From Octopus vulgaris (lineage: Eukaryota), in assembly GCA_951406725.2 (NCBI GenBank), contig OX597822.1, positions 29,388,001-29,452,000 of the forward strand: 64,000 nucleotides of DNA, given 5' to 3'. Below are positions 1 through 12,775 of the stretch, piece after piece. How positions within the stretch are numbered: the stretch's first letter is position 1; the number at the start of each line of letters is the position of its first letter. The notes below the pieces were generated by a model, which did not search any database, was not told where the DNA came from, and saw only the letters and a list, made by a program, of their open reading frames with translations. The translations under genes and the position numbers were made by a program.

Positions 1-359
1 TGTGTAAGGTCGATGGACACCTTGACAGGATATATATAGAAAAGAAAGAAAGAACGATACCTGTGTAGATAAGTGAGTGAACTCAACGAGGAGCCAATAC
101 TTTTCTGCAGTTGGCCCCTATTAAGGTTTTTGAGTTGATCATTACCAATGCTTTGGTATCCCCCCTTCTCCTGCCAACTCTGTTGTCTTTCTCAGACATT
201 CTGGTTTTGCCTTTCCTTTGTCCCAGAAAGACCCATGTAAGAGAAATCCCTTGATTGGTGCAAGGACCACCCAAGGTAGTTTTAAGTCTGCTCTGGCTAG
301 GATTAGTGTTATCTCATCTTTCACATTGCCAGAAAATCACAGATACATGCCATTATTTA

Positions 360-1645
360 TTGGGTTGGCAAGAAAGTAATTTTGTTTTTTGCAAATAGAT
401 AGAGTTGTGATTTTTTTCAATGGCTTTTGTCAATGTTATGATTTTTTCATTTTGACATTTGATAGCTGTTACTTTTAGCTTACCTTAGAAGCAAATTGCA
501 CATAATTTTGTTTACAGCTGTTAATTTAGTGTCAATTTTAACGTGGAGTGCAAAAACGAACATTTTCACCATACTTTGCTTTTTTTTATTTCTGTAAAAG
601 CAAGAAAGCTGCTGAGGCTCACAAAGAGATATGTAAAGCTTATGGTGTTGATTGCTTAACAGAATGCACATGTCAGAAATGGTTTTAAAAGTTCTGTTCT
701 GGAGACTTTCCATTCAAAGATGACCAATATTCTGGTCAACCTACTGAAGTTGATGATGACTAAATCAAAGTCATAATTGAATCTGATTGTCATATAACTG
801 TGCAAGAGATTGCAGAGAGGTTAAATGTATCACATACAACAATTGAAAATCACTTAAAATGTCTTGGACTCATTAAGAAGCTCGATATTTGGGTTCCACA
901 TAAATTGAAAGAGATTCACTTAACACAACGAATCAGTATTTGTGATATGCATCTCAAGCGCAATGAAATTGACTTTGTTTTGAAATGAATCATTACTGGT
1001 GATGAAAAATGGATTGTCTACAATAATATCAATTGAAAACGATCATGGTCCAAGTGTAATGAACCAGCATAAACTACATCGAAAGCTGAATTGCATCAAA
1101 AATAAAGGTCATGCTGTCAATTTGGTGGGATTACAAAGGTGTTGTGTATTTTGAGCTGCTTTCAAGGAACCAAATAGTCAATTCAGATGTTTACTGTCAA
1201 CAACTAACGAAACTGGAGGAAGCAGTGAAAGAAAAATGGCCAAAACTGGCAAATCATAAAGGAATTGCATTCCACCATGACAATGCTAGACCACACATGC
1301 CTTTGCTAACTTGTGAAAAATTATTGGAGCTTGGTTGGGAAGTGGTGTCATCCACCATGTAGCCCTAAATTTGCACTATCAGATTACCATTTATTTTGAA
1401 ATTTGCAAAATTCTTTGAGTGGTAAAACTTTCAATAATGGTGATGACCTGAAATTGCACTTGCTTCAGTTTTTGGCTGATAAGGACCAGAAGTTCTATGA
1501 GTGCGGAATCAAGAAGTTGTCAGAAAGATGGCAAAAGGTCATTGAACAAAATAGAAAATATATAATTGATTAAAATTCATTCTTTGTATGAAAGTAATGA
1601 CTTATTTCACACTAAAAAACTAAAATTACTTTCTTGCCAACCCAT
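360..1645 (+). mobile_element. Full-length (1286 bp) decayed mariner DNA transposon, mellifera-subfamily-like
   Basis: TIRs ttgggttggcaagaaagtaattttgtttttt (from 360) and aaaaaactaaaattactttcttgccaacccat (to 1645), flanked by TA; internal transposase remnants. Confidence 0.95.
543..1573 (+). pseudogene. Mariner DD34D transposase pseudogene
   Basis: Motifs WVPH, TGDEKW, HHDNARPH, degenerate YSPDLAPSDY (read as CSPKFALSDY), ERWQKVIEQ; start reads GTG; several stops and frameshifts. Confidence 0.93.
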
Positions 1646-2346
1646 TATATCAAGGATTACATTGTCCAAAGTGTCTTTCATCATTATCATCTAATGCCTG
1701 TCTTCCATGATGGCATGGGTTGGATGGTTTGGAAGGAGCTGGTAAGCCAAAGGACTGCACCAAGCTCTACTCTGTTTTGGCATGGTTTTTATGACTGGAT
1801 GCCCTTCCTAATACCAACCACTTTACAGAGTTGACTGGGTGCTTTTCGCATGGTGTCAGTGAGGTCTGTTTTGGCATGGCTTTTAAAACTGGATACCTTT
1901 CTTAGCACCAATCGCTTTACAAAGTGGACTGGATGTTTTTTACATGGCACCATTTAACTTTGAGATAAATTTGCCTTTAGTTTCTAGCATGTCAAGCAAC
2001 TATGTAGAAGCCATCTCATGGGCTCATTCTTTTTTATCTTCTGCTTGTTCCAGACATTAAACTGCAGCCAAACAAATTGATGCTGGTAATTATTTTTTAA
2101 AGTTTAGTGCTTACTCTAGTGGTCACTTTTGCTAAACTGCTAAGTTACTGGTGTGTAAACAAAGCAACACCAGTTGTAAAGTGGTGGTGGTGGGGGACAA
2201 ATGGAGTGACTGTGTGGTAAGTAGCTTGCTTATCAACCACATGAGTCAGGGTTCAGTCCCACTGCGTGGCACCTTGGGTAAGTGCCTTCTACTTTAGCCA
2301 ATGCCTTCTGAGTGGATTTGGTAGACGGAAACTGAAAGGCCTTTGT

Positions 2347-2835
2347 GTGTGTGCGTGATAGTTTCCGCTACATAGGCAACCAAGTTAGTAGTGGGGGTGG
2401 ATGCTCAGAGAGTGTTACCACTAGAATAAGAACAGCCTGGGCAAATTTTAGAAAGTTACTTCTCCTACTGGCGACAAAGGGTCTCTCGCTCAGCGTGAAA
2501 GGTAGATTGTACGACACATGTGTGAACTGCCATGCTTCATGGCAGTGAAACTTGGGCTGTGACTGTGGAGGACATGCGTAGGCCTGAAAGAAATGAAGCT
2601 AGCATGATCTGCTTGATGTGCAATGTCAGTGTGCATGCACAACAGAGTGTAAGTGCCCTGAGAGAAATGTTGGACGTAAGAAGCATCGGATGTGACGTGC
2701 AGGAGAGACGTTTGTGTTGGTATGGTCATGTACTACGGATGGATGAGGAGAGATGTGTGAAGTGCCACTCCCAAGCAGTTGAAGGAATCCGGGGTAGAGG
2801 TAGACCCAGGGAGATATGGGATGAGGTGGTCAATA
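2347..2835 (+). mobile_element. RTE-clade LINE fragment (C-terminal part of ORF)
   Basis: Translates as FRYIG..RIRTAWANFRKL..KGRLY..LHGSETW..RLCWYGHVLRMDEER..GRGRPR; same family as 25135-27015. Confidence 0.88.
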
Positions 2836-2980
2836 AGTAACTGGTACTTATTTAATTGACCCCAAAAGGATGAAAGGCAAAGTCGACCTCGGTGGAATTT
2901 GAACTCAGAACGTAGCGGCAGATGAAATACCACTAAGTATTTCACCCAGTGTGCTAACGTTTCTGCTAGCTTGCTGCCTC
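2836..2980 (-). mobile_element. SINE family B (Meta/MESC-core-like), partial
   Basis: Reverse complement of the gaggtcgactttgcctttcatcc...aagtaccag core seen in many other copies in this window. Confidence 0.75.
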
Positions 2981-4596
2981 ATACACAGTTTCTGTCTACC
3001 AAATTCACTCACAAGGCATTGATTGGCATGCGGCTATAGCAGAAGATACTCACCAAGGTGCCATACAGTGAGACTGAATCTGTAACCGTTGAGACAAATT
3101 TGGTTCCAACACAGTATTTATCAAATTATGACGAGCAGGGATAGCTCTTCTAGGAGAATGAAAAATCTCTGGTGCCTAATTTTTGTTTTCCCAGACCTCA
3201 CCTTCTTCCATGATAAGGAATTTGGTGTTTACTTACGTATCATGATATTTCCTCTAGTTGCCACGACAACAGACAACATCGTTGGACCGTTAGCAGCTGG
3301 TCTCTGAAGGGTAACTGATTCTACTAATTTCTCCTTAAATGTTTGTGCGTAGGTGCATGCATGCATGCATGTGTGTGTGTGTGTGTGTGCATATGTATGT
3401 TTGTGTGTGTGTGCATATACATGAGACCTTACATATGTAATTATTTAAGTGGTGTAGGAAACAAAAACAAAGTACTTTAATTCTGATACATATATATTGG
3501 GGGTAGGTGGGCTGTGGATGGGGGGACCCCACAGAAGCAACAAGAACCCCATCCCCACCCCCACCCCAAATTGGCTGCCAAGTTTTGGGTAATAGCTCAT
3601 AGATGTAACAGAGACACACACCCACCTATACTGAGAGTATGAGAGAAGGAGGGAGAGGGAGGGGGAGGGAGGAAGGGCAAGAGGAGAGGAAAGGAGGAGA
3701 AGGAGGAGAAGAAGGTGGAAAAAAGAACGTGAAAGAGTATTTAGGAATTAATCTTCTGGTCCAATCTGTGGTTATTGTTCCTGCTCTTTAACTGAAACCA
3801 TTTGGCGGGGTGGGGGTGAGGTGGGGTGTAAATCTGGCATTGACTTGTTGGGCTGAGAGAGAGAAAGAGAGAGAGAAGGAAAATGAGAGAGGGAGATGAT
3901 AGAGAGAGAGAAGGAAAGTGAGAGAGATGTTGCTATAATGAGCAGTTGAAGTCAGAACAAGCCTGAAGTAATTAAGCTCCTCCGATCTAGTTTTTGCCGC
4001 CAACGACACAAGACACGACCTCATTCTCTATGTCAAAGAGTCCTCACCTCACCTCTTCCCATATACCCCCCTCCTCCTCTTTCCGCACGCACTCCAGTCG
4101 TGGGAGCTAGTTGCCTCTTGATTTTCCGTGCTCCCTTTTATTTCATGTTCCTTAGTTTGTCTTTTTATTTTATTATTATATTATATATTTTTCTTAAAGT
4201 TTGTTTCCACTGATTGTTCACATTCCATTCAGATAATACTAAGATATTAACAAGTAAGTTGATAAGGGTTGCTGTGGTAGTAGTAGTAGTAGTAGTAATA
4301 GTGGTGGTGGTAGTAGTAGTGTTGCTGTTACTTAGCCCCCCCCCAAAACCTCACCCTGATCAAACAGCCCCACCCAGAATTGAAAGTATCCATGAACACC
4401 TCAGAAGTATGTCAAATTATAATATCCAGTGCACCTTTTTTTCCCTTATCTATTTAAGACAGTAGGGTTTAAACTTGAGGATGATTTGGCTACTATTTCT
4501 ACCACATCAAAACACTCCTGTAGAGGCTCTCTTAGGTTACTTTTATATTTCAGCACCAGGTCAGCTTCTTGATCAAAGGCATTGCAACTGCAATAA

Positions 4597-4612
4597 ATCT
4601 TGTCTGCCCTTA

Positions 4613-4656
<44 letters not shown>

Positions 4657-4903
4657 ATTAATTATTATTATTGAGTGAGAGAGTAGCACATGCCATCAAA
4701 GTGACACTGAGGCAAAATATACAGAGCCCAGTATACCCACCATGACTACCTGTCTGAAAATGGTACACTACGCACATGCATCACAACCATATGTGCATGA
4801 CATGGTGATCTCATATCAAGATAAATAGTGCATGACCTTGCAGGCGGGACCCATATTATTATCATCATCATTATCATATTATTATTATTATTATTATTAT
4901 TAT
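4597..4903 (-). mobile_element. About 185 bp insert embedded in (ATT)n; probable 3' UTR of a TAA-tailed R4/Dong-type LINE
   Basis: Non-simple segment bounded on both sides by ATT repeats; family assignment is inference. Confidence 0.4.
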
Positions 4904-5289
4904 ACCTTTCCCTATACAAGGCTGCATTATTCAGTGTAAGGTTTGATCTGAGAGAGATTTGGCAGCTATTTCTAACCTGTTGAGCAACTACTAGACACAC
5001 CCTTATCAGCTCAATCAATACTACTGTCTGTATTTAGGGCACAGGCATGGTTAGGTGGCTAAGAAGTTTTTTTTCTTAACTGCATCGTTTTGGGTTCAGT
5101 CCCATTGCGTGGCATCTCAGGCGAGTGTTTTTTCTACTATAGATCTAGACCAACCAAAGCAGATTTGGTAGACAGAGACTGAAAGAGCCCACTCTGAATG
5201 TATGTATACTTATATATGTATATATGTGTTTTGTGTGTGTGTGTGTACTCGTGTGCACACGTGTATATGTGTGTGTGTGTATGTATCCT

Positions 5290-5670
5290 TTTATTCGTTT
5301 CAGTCATTTGATTGCAGACATGTTGGAGCACCATCTTTAGTTGAACAAATCAATCCCAGGACTTATTCTTTCTAAGCCTAGTACTTATTCTATCGGTTTC
5401 TTTTGCTGAACCGCTAAGTTGTGGTGACATAAACACACCAACACCGGTTGTCAAATGATGGTGGTGGGGACAAACACGCACAAACATACAGACATACACA
5501 CACACACACACGATGGGCTTCTTTTAGTTTCTGTGTACCAAATCCACTTGCAAGTCTTTGGCTGGCCTGAGGCTATAGTAGAAGACACTTGCCGAAGGTG
5601 TCATGCAGTGAAACTGAACCTGGAACCATGTGGTTGGTAACCAAGCTATTTACCACACAGCCACTCCTGC
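5290..5670 (-). mobile_element. tRNA-derived SINE family A
   Basis: Reverse complement of gcaggagtggctgtgtggt...cagtcaaatgactgaaac with central (CA)n. Confidence 0.8.
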
Positions 5671-5939
5671 GTGTGTATATAATACACACACACACACATG
5701 ACTGGTTTCTTTCATTTTCCATTTGCCAAACCAACTCACAAAGCTTTAGTTGGTCTGAGAAGACATCTGCCCAAGATGTCCGTACAATGGTACTGACTCG
5801 TAAGGATCACGACTGACCTAGGTTTATGTGTAAGTTGTTATCCAATTCAACAATGTGAAGTTATGTAAGACAATCAGTTCATTTTTAATTAAATAAGTAC
5901 TTTTGTTAATGTAAATTATTATATATTTTTTAACAACAT

Positions 5940-6607
5940 CAGCTCCTCCTCCTCCTCCTCCTCCACTTCTTCCTCCTCCTCCTCCACTTCTTCCTCTTCC
6001 TCCTCCTCCACTTCTTCCTCTTCCTCCTCCTCCACTTCTTCCTCATCCTCTCCTCTTTTCCTCACAATCCCCCCACCATTCACCACCTGCCCACCCACCA
6101 CCACCACCACCATCAATGCCGCCGCCGCCGCCACCACCACAATCATCACCACTACCATCACCATTACTGCCACTGTTGTTATTGTTATTGTCATTGTTAG
6201 CATCCTCCTCCATCTCACCCCCCCCAATCATTGTCCTCCTCGTCTTCCTCATTGTCCCTTGTCATCCTCGTTCTCCTTGTCATTTTCTCCTTCTCGACCG
6301 CTCATCCTCCTCATCAACTCCCACTTCTTCCATATCGTCCTACTCCTCCACTTCCTCAACATATTTACTGTCCGTGGTCATATCTGGCATCCATAGTGGT
6401 AGTGGCAGTGATGCTGTCATCATTGTAACTGCATTCAATTGTCATCATCACCTTCACCATCATCAACGTGTTTCATGTCATCATCTTCATTATTGTCGTT
6501 GTTGTAGTCGTCATCATCATCATTATTGGTGCACCAGCATGCCCCCCCCACCGCAGCTCTGAGCTGAAACTACAGAAAAAAAAAAATCATAACTACATTT
6601 ATTACCC

Positions 6608-6646
<39 letters not shown>

Positions 6647-7275
6647 CCAACATTATTTATTTAAAAACGTTTACTGTACACTGTTAGATACTGTGTTTAG
6701 TGCCCAATCACTCTTATAATCTGGCCATATTCATCCATAGTGCCGCCACCCTCCTTGCACCCCAACCTTTGGTAACGAGGCATGTTGGTTCCATCACTGT
6801 TGCTGCCCTGGGGTCTTTCAAATTGCCTTTGATATTCTTGCATGTCTTTTATTTCAAACAAGATGCATTTCAGAACACAAATTGCGTTAATTTCTGGTTA
6901 ATTTCTCAGACATGTCTGTCTGTCTGTCTGCCTGCTGTTTAACTGTCTGTCTGTTTGTCTCTGTCTGACTCTCTCTGTCTGACTCTCTCTCTGTCTGACT
7001 CTCTCTCTGTTTGACTCTCTCTCTGTCTGACTCCCTCTCTCTCTCTGTGTTACATTCGCATATACCAAGTATAGGTTACAAGGAAAAATCAGGGTCTCTA
7101 CATTGTGACAACCATTGTGATACCCTTTCACTTTGATCTAATACCACTGTTATTCCTCACCACCATTCACCACTGCCACCACCACTACTGTTGCTACCAT
7201 CTTCGTTCTCATCAGTCAGCATCACAATCATCACTATCTAACTGCTTATGGTTGTCATCATCATTATCCTCATCC

Positions 7276-7310
<35 letters not shown>

Positions 7311-7560
7311 GTTGTCATCATTGTCCTCATTTTCATAGGTCAAAACCAGTACTGTTGCTATTCATGTCACCACTACCACCAACACCACCACCACCACCAC
7401 CATCATGATTACACTTCCATCACTATTATCATCACCACCACCATCACCATCAATCATTATTATCATTGTTGGTCATAGTGTTTATTGTTACACAGTTGTT
7501 ACAGCTGCCACAACCACACACACACCACCACCACCACCACCACCATCATTGGTTGTAGGC
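5940..7560. repeat. Compound trinucleotide/low-complexity tract (TCC, CAC, CAT, TCTG)
   Basis: Runs of tcc, cca, cat, gcc and tctg units; explains poly-E/P/H/S/I pseudo-ORFs. Confidence 0.9.
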
Positions 7561-7913
7561 ATCCTAGCTGGGTATCAGTTACTTAATGTCTGTCATTATC
7601 ACTTCCTGTAACCCTTTTTTAAAAACAGAAACGGACTTCAAGAATTCCAACACTAAAAATAGCTGAAATTCGTAAACCAACGAGAAAATGGGGGGAAAAA
7701 GAGAAAAGAAAAAAAAGAAGAGAAAAAACGGAATATACAAACATGCATACAAATAAAAACCAAATATTTGTTATGAACCACATGTATAGGAACAGTAAAA
7801 GTGAAAACTGACTTTTTCATATTTGCACTGGTTATTGCAATGGCCCCTCCCCTGTATAGACATGTATGTGTGTGTGTGTATGTATGTATATATGTGTGTG
7901 TGTGTGTGTGCAT

Positions 7914-8278
7914 GCAGGAGTGGTTGTGTGGTAAGAAGTTTGCATCCTGATTTCATGGTTTTTGTTCAGTTCCACAGTGAACTTCTACTATAGCCTTGTG
8001 AGTGGATTTGGTAGATGGAAACTGAAAGAAGCCCATCATATGTATATGTGTGTGTGTGTGTGTGTGTGTATGTTTGTTTGTGTTTGTCCCCCAACATCGT
8101 TTGACAACCGATGCAGGTGCGTTTGCCTCCCTGTAACTTCATGGTTTGGCAAAAAGAGACTGATAGAATAAGCACTCGGCTTACAAAGAATAAGTCCTGG
8201 GGTCGATGTGCTTGACTAAAGACGGTGCTCCAGCATGGCCACAGTCAAAATGACTGAAACAAGTAAAAGAGTAAAGAG
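7914..8278 (+). mobile_element. tRNA-derived SINE family A
   Basis: Head gcaggagtggttgtgtggtaag, central (TG)n, tail aagtaaaagagtaaagagta. Confidence 0.8.
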
Positions 8279-9129
8279 TAGACTCTGACATAGCTGTGGT
8301 AGTATGGGAGTGCTCAATCTTGCTGGAAATAAAAGTTGACATCTTTAAAGTCCTCTTGAATCCTTGGCATCATAGACTGTCATAGCAAGTTTAAATAATT
8401 GAAAACCAGTTATACCAGTGTAAAAATAAAGAATGGTCCAATTAATCCTTTTGATGATAAGCTCTTCACTTCTAGTAAATTAACATGATGTTCCTTCTTC
8501 ATAAGGTGGATTCTCGGGTCTCCAGTAGGATAAATTCTTGTGGTTAATTGAGCCATTTAATTTAAATGTAGCCGAACAATCATTGTTAGAAAGTGTGCCT
8601 CTATCTTCTTCATGTCATGGCAAGTACTGCTTGCAAAACTCCACTCTTTTCTCTGGTTCATCTTCATTGAAAGCTTGGATTATTTGTGGAATGTAACTTT
8701 TCCAATGTCAACAGTTTGAAATGCAATGGACGGCTGCTTTTGAAATTCCTATCTCTTGGACTCACTACACACATTTTCTTGAATTCTGGCAATACATTTC
8801 TTGTACTTTTTCTTGGCTTTGTGGGGATTATTGATGTCTGTGGTTCCAGAACATATCTTGTGGACATTCTGAACTGGTCCTTTTGCTTCAAACTTATCTC
8901 TGATTCAGGTGGCAGTAAGTCACATAGACGAATCTGTTTGAAGCTTTCTCCTAGACTGTCTTGGTGCTTCATCTGGATTTTCAAAATTCCAGAAGCACTT
9001 TAGGATATATTTCCTTGGTTCAAAGCTTAATACGGCTTCCTTCATTATTTCTTATGGGCTAAATCTAAAAAGAAATTGAAATTGACTTATCAAGCTGTTA
9101 AAATGTGTATATATTTTTGGGACACACTG
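8279..9129 (-). mobile_element. Decayed Tc1/mariner-superfamily transposon with DUF4817-type N-terminal HTH; 3' part missing
   Basis: Minus strand TA+cagtgtgtcccaaaaa terminus at 9129; ATG 9045 MKEAVLSFEPRKYILKCFWNFEN..IRDKFEAKG; later ATFKLNGSINHKNLSYWRPENP and FQQD*ALPYYHSYVR (cf. QQDGAPPH). Confidence 0.82.
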
Positions 9130-9284
9130 TATGTGTGTGTGTAAATAAAGTACCAGTTAAGCACTAGGGTGGAGATAATTGACTAAGCTTCCAGATTTGT
9201 GACTTTGTGCCTATGTAAGAAACCTTTATTTTTTCCCTAACAAAAAATGGGCAATAGTGGTTTGCCAGAATTGGTAGAGCACGC

Positions 9285-9694
9285 TGCCAGAGCAGCTGAC
9301 TGGTTTCTGTGCCAGCGGCATGTAAAAAGCACCATTCAAACGTGATCGTTACCAGCATCGCCTTACTAGCGCTTGTGCCAGTGGCACGTGAAAAACATTT
9401 GAGCGAGGTCGTTGCCAGTGCTGCTGGACTGGCTCCTGTGCAGGGTGGCATGTAAAAAACACCACTTAAGCGTGGCCGTTGCCAGTCCCTCCAGACTGGC
9501 CCTCGTGCCGGTGGCACGTAAAAGCACCCACTACACTCTCAGAGTGGTTGGCATTAGGAAGGGCATCCAGCTGTAGAAGCTTTGCCAGATCAGATTGGAG
9601 CCTGGTGCTGCTATCTGGTTTGCCAGTCCTCAGTCAAATTGTCCAACTCATGCCAGCATGGAAAGCGGACGTTAAACGATGATGATGATGATGA
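9285..9694 (+). mobile_element. RTE 3'-UTR-type element (family C) with about 60 bp internal repeats and (GAT)n tail
   Basis: Repeated ggtggcacgtaaaaagcacc units, gttggcattaggaagggcatccagc core, gatgatgat tail; matches 3' end of LINE at 25135-27015. Confidence 0.8.
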
Positions 9695-10229
9695 TTCCGT
9701 TGTTTCTCTTTATGTTCTGAATTCAAATCACGCAAAGCCCAATGCTGCTTTTTATCTTTCCAGGGGGCGCACTAATTCAAAATATCATTCACATACTGGT
9801 GTCACTATGATCAACCATACCTCTCTATTGTTCTTTCTTTCTTTCTTTCCTTCACCATGATCAGGTTGCTGCTAAAAGACCTAAAAATTTTCTGCTCATG
9901 TTTCGTCAGAGCTGCTACTTATGTGCTGAATAGTATTTCCTGTGCATTTTGGGACCGAAAACACCTGATGCAGTATGTATTATTGCACTACATCCTTAGT
10001 TTGCCCTGCCAAGTTACCAGAACCCTTTGCCAAAACCCTTCAATGATTGGTCTCTTCTCCCTGTCAATTACCAGTCTTAACAAAATAAAACCTTTTTTTC
10101 CAAACTTCATTAGTGATTGGTTTGTTTTCTCCTTCTCTTTACCTCCACCATTAGAAATTAAATGTTATTGACAGTAGATACAAAATAGAGTAATCTTCTT
10201 AATCCTGTTGATTAAACTACATCTGCACC

Positions 10230-10592
10230 AGTAGTAGTACAGTGGTAGTAGTACAATAGCAGCAGCAGTTGTAGCAGTAGCAGCAACAGTAGTAGTAGTA
10301 GTAATTGTAATAAAGCAGTTGTACTAGTACAATAATGTAGTAGTAGTTTTAGTAATAGTATTAGTCATAGTATAGTATTAGTACTAATAAAAGAAAATTG
10401 CTGTCATTGTTGTTGTCAACATCGTAGTAGTAGTAGCAGCAGTAGTTGTAGTAGTAGTAGTTGTAAAACAGTTGTACTAATACAGTAATGTAGTAGTAGT
10501 ATAGTTTTAGTACTAATAAAAGCTAATTACTGATGTCGTTGTTGTTGTCATTGTTGTTGCCATCATCATCATCATCATCATCATAGTAGTAG
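10230..10592. repeat. Degenerate (AGT/AGC/GTT/CAT)n tract
   Basis: Directly visible trinucleotide runs. Confidence 0.85.
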
Positions 10593-11231
10593 TTTAGTCT
10601 TTATATCACTCAAATTGAGCTAACTTATGATGGGATACCATTCCAGCCATGCATGACCATCACGTCTGTTATTCAGATGCAGTGTATCTAGGACTGCAGT
10701 ATCCAATATACCTTGCCTTTGGTGGTGGTGGGGGGGCTGCTCTTTCTAGCAGGTTGAGAGACCACATACAGCTCCTTTGCTGGCTCACATTGACTCTGTA
10801 TCTATCCAGGATTGATGGAGAACTTCAATGTAATACAATGCCAGAGTCACCCTTTTGCTGTAGCCAAACTGCAGTTCAAATCTTATTGAGGTCAGAACGT
10901 ATTGTTTTTGTTTTTGATTTCTACATGAGTTGAAGTGGAAGAACTTTAAGAATGCTAGACAAAATGCTTTTTGCTTTTCTTTTACTTGTTTCAGTCATTT
11001 GACTGTAGCCATACTGGAGCACCGCCTTGAAGGGTTTTGGTAAAACAAATTGACCACAGGACTTTTTAAAAAAAAAACCCTGAGTACTTATTCTATTGGT
11101 CCCTTTTGCTGAACTGCTAAGTTATGGGGATGTAAACATGCCAACAGCGGTTGTCAAGCAGTAGTGGTGGGGAAGGGGGGAGGACAAACAAAGACACACA
11201 CACGCACACACTCTGGGCTTCTTTCAGTTTC

Positions 11232-11460
11232 CTATTTCATTACTGCCCACAAGGGGCTACACACAGAGGGGACAAAAAAGGACAGACAAAGGGAGTAAGT
11301 CGATTACATCAACCGCAGTGGGTAACCGGTACTTAATTTATCGACCCCCGAAAGGATGAAAGGCAAAGTCGACCGTGTCAGAATTTGAACTCAGAATGTA
11401 ACAGCAGACGAAATACCGCTAAGCATTTCGCCTAGCCTGCTAACGTTTCTGCCAGCTTGC
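11232..11460 (-). mobile_element. SINE family B nested in a family A SINE
   Basis: Reverse complement of family B interrupts a family A copy; cttctttcagtttcc occurs on both sides. Confidence 0.75.
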
Positions 11461-11959
11461 TTCTTTCAGTTTCCGCCTACCAAATCGACTCAACAAGGCT
11501 TTGGTCAGCTTGAGGCTATAGTAGAAGACACTTGCCCTAGGTGCCATGTATCTGGAACCATGAGTTTGGGAAGCAAGCTTCTTACCACACAGCCATGCTA
11601 GTGTCTATGCTTAGTGGAATTTTCTTTGGCTCTGTCTTCTGACTTCAAATGCTACCAAGGTCAACTTTCCTTTTGATCCTTTTGGGGGGGTTGATGAAAT
11701 AAAGTATTGGTTGAACACTGGAGTTGATATGATCGACTTGCTCTCCTCTTCCTAAAATTGCTGGTCTTGTGCCAGAATTTGAAACCATGTATAAATTAGT
11801 CAGAAGAGAAAATGAAGAGCATCTGTGGTATGTGCAGGGCCTCGAGGACTTGTGGAAGAAGAAAGAACTATAAGTGATGGCTTATGAAGTTGCTGCAAAG
11901 GGAAGCTGTCCATCACTGTATCGAATTATCTTCATGCTAGACATCAAAGACCTGGTCTG

Positions 11960-12180
11960 AAAGCTAAACACACCAAAGGGCCATGTATTAGTGTAAAGCC
12001 AGTTGAGATGGATTAATTAATGGATTAATTAATTGATGGATTAATTAAAAGCTAAACACACCAAAGGGCCATGTATTAGTCTAAAACCAGTTCAATGGAT
12101 TAATTAATGGATTAATTAAAAGCCGAACACACCAAAGGGCCATGTGTTAATGTAAAACCAATTGAAATGGATTAATTAAT
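11960..12180. repeat. Three tandem 60-90 bp units
   Basis: aaagctaaacacaccaaagggccatgtattagt..gatggattaattaa repeated three times with variable copies of atggattaatta. Confidence 0.9.
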
Positions 12181-12697
12181 TATTTCACCAATAGAGAACA
12201 ACTACTGTCTGACAGGTTTCTGTATAGTTTCTTAGTACTTGCTCTCAATTAGAAGATTTGGGTCGACTCAAGGCTATGTGGTGGTGATGATGGTGGAGGA
12301 TTATGGTAAAAAGCACTTGCCCTTGCTCAAAGTGCTGTGCAATGGAATTGAATCTTTCAAAGGCAAAGAGAACTTCTGTTTAGCTACACATCCAGCTTTG
12401 AAGAATTGAATTAGAATTGCTTTGATCTTCTAACTGTTACTGGTTTCAGTCATTAGACTGTGGCCATGCTGGGGCATTGCCTTGAAGAGATTTTAGTTGA
12501 ACAAATTGACCCTAGTATATATATTTTTTTATCATGATACTTATTCATTTGGTCTCCTTTGCCAAACTTCTAAGTTATGGGAACATAAACACACCAACAC
12601 TGGTTGCCAAGTAGTGGTGGGTGACACATACCGCACACACATAGGTATATATGTGTGTGTGAGTTTATATATATATATACATACATACACACATGTA

Positions 12698-12731
<34 letters not shown>

Positions 12732-12775
12732 CGTATATATATATACATATACGTATATATATATATATATACATA

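Noticed and set aside
5919-7611. Overlapping ORFs rich in E, P, H, S, I, V
   Set aside because: Translations of trinucleotide microsatellites, open in several frames and strands
8664-9003. 106 aa and 105 aa ORFs as host genes
   Set aside because: Off-frame and antisense readings of a decayed transposase
9758-9775. CTCF-like ccagggggcgcacta
   Set aside because: Lies at the position of the mutated core of a degenerate family B SINE; likely chance
11800-11960. Possible exon or LINE endonuclease remnant (AYEVAAKG..SLYRII)
   Set aside because: Contains stops and similarity is too weak to call
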